The notes beneath the pieces are model-generated. The model made no database searches. It was not told the DNA's origin and saw only the letters and a program-made list of their open reading frames with translations. Made by a program: the position numbers and the translations under genes. DNA of 64,000 bases, from assembly GCA_046294565.1 (NCBI GenBank), contig JBKBKS010000001.1, forward strand, positions 9,400 through 73,399, in the 5' to 3' direction. Of the stretch, positions 63,191-64,000 are shown one piece after another (the stretch's first letter is position 1; every line of letters begins with the position of its first letter). Source of the DNA: Fimbriimonadales bacterium (GTDB lineage Bacteria; Armatimonadota; Fimbriimonadia; Fimbriimonadales; GBS-DC).

Positions 63191-63550
63191 TTAGCCCTCC
63201 TCCACAGGCGAGAAGTAGATGACCGTCACCAAATCTTCCATCGACACAGGGCGGTCGTAAATGCGCTCCAGCAGCGCAATCACATCTTCCACCGTGCGGA
63301 ACTCTGGGTTCTCGCGCTCGATATCGCGCGGGCTGAGGTCTGCGATAGGCTTGACCTCCACGCGATCCAGTATCGCAGTGAAGAGCCGCTTGCGCTTGCC
63401 AAAGCGCGGTCCCACCGTAACCCACACAATCTGCCCTGCGCTGTATTTGCGCGACTTGTCGCCGAGCCGTATCGTCGCCGTCTTGCGCTGCATGCGCAAC
63501 ATATCCTCGTATAAATCCGTGTAGAAGTTAAGCGCGAACATAGACATCAT
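63191..63550 (-). CDS. ASCH/PUA-like domain protein
   Basis: 119 aa. ...KTATIRLGDKSRKYSAGQIVWV... ASCH-like core. SD GAGAGGG before ATG 63550. Confidence 0.45.
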   Translation of the reverse strand: MMSMFALNFYTDLYEDMLRMQRKTATIRLGDKSRKYSAGQIVWVTVGPRFGKRKRLFTAILDRVEVKPIADLSPRDIERENPEFRTVEDVIALLERIYDRPVSMEDLVTVIYFSPVEEG

Positions 63551-63606
63551 CCCTCTCGGTTGTTCCACAATTACGATTCGCCATAATTTGGGGGTTTCCT
63601 GCGCCG

Positions 63607-64000
63607 TCAGCTTCGGACGACTCCTTCGAGGGGGCTGGAAGCGGAGGCGTAGGGCAGCTTGGGGATGCGTCCTGCGCGGTAGGCGAGTCGTCCTGCTGCC
63701 ACGCCGAGTTTGAACGCCTCCGCCATCGCGATGGGGTCTTGCGCTTTGGCGATGGCGGTGTTGACCAGCACGGCGTCGCAGCCGATTTCGAGGGCGAGCG
63801 CGGCTTCGGAGGGCGCGCCCAAGCCTGCATCGACCACCACAGGCACTTGGGCTTGCTCCACGATAATCCGTATCGGCTCCAGTCCGACGGCGAAGCCCTG
63901 CCCTGTGCCTATCGGCGCGGCGAGCGGCATCACTGTCGCGCAGCCAATCGCCTCCAGTCGCTTGGCAAGCTCGGGGTCGGCGGGGATGTAAGGCAGCACC
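63607..64000 (-). CDS. thiG: thiazole synthase ThiG, N-terminus beyond window end
   Basis: ...[35 protein letters not shown]...[30 protein letters not shown]. Confidence 0.92.
   Translation of the reverse strand, partial: VLPYIPADPELAKRLEAIGCATVMPLAAPIGTGQGFAVGLEPIRIIVEQAQVPVVVDAGLGAPSEAALALEIGCDAVLVNTAIAKAQDPIAMAEAFKLGVAAGRLAYRAGRIPKLPYASASSPLEGVVRS

Overview
The window is GC-rich by eye, gene-dense and mostly housekeeping. It carries acs (truncated at the window start), an F-type ATP synthase operon atpB-E-F-H-A-G with no atpD or atpC, ribBA, ribD, rpe, icd, accD-accA, hslU, galK, ruvC, serA, sepF-yggS-phoU, dnaA, greA, darA, thiG (truncated at the window end) and two tRNAs (Leu-CAA, Gly-CCC). 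Several large glycan-active or surface proteins are scattered through it: a heparinase II/III-like protein, GH2, a GH42-like protein, an FAD/FN3/SLH protein and a 13-repeat solenoid protein. There are also three prepilin-type DUF1559-like paralogs. SepF, a PASTA kinase, DarA and SLH domains together with DUF1559 pilins suggest a Terrabacteria/Armatimonadota-like lineage, but this is a low-confidence inference. I found no CRISPR array, cas genes, integrase, transposase or prophage, and no convincing complete novel multi-gene system. Six things deserve follow-up. (1) A family of modular intergenic hairpins (REP/BIME-like mosaics) lies at 7 sites, including inside the atp and yggS-sepF operons, and stem pairing is kept by compensatory changes. 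(2) A GGTAYAMT -10 element recurs 6-9 nt upstream of many start codons, implying widespread leaderless mRNAs. (3) Small lower-GC accessory patches hold a decayed dcm-vsr-orf157 module, a DUF262 stub and an MNT-HEPN pair. (4) A VWA + SWIM (YehP/YehQ-like) pair lacks its usual ATPase partners. (5) fliI and flhF occur as isolated singletons. (6) A PASTA kinase has degenerate catalytic motifs. All functional calls come from motif recognition by eye, with no database searches.
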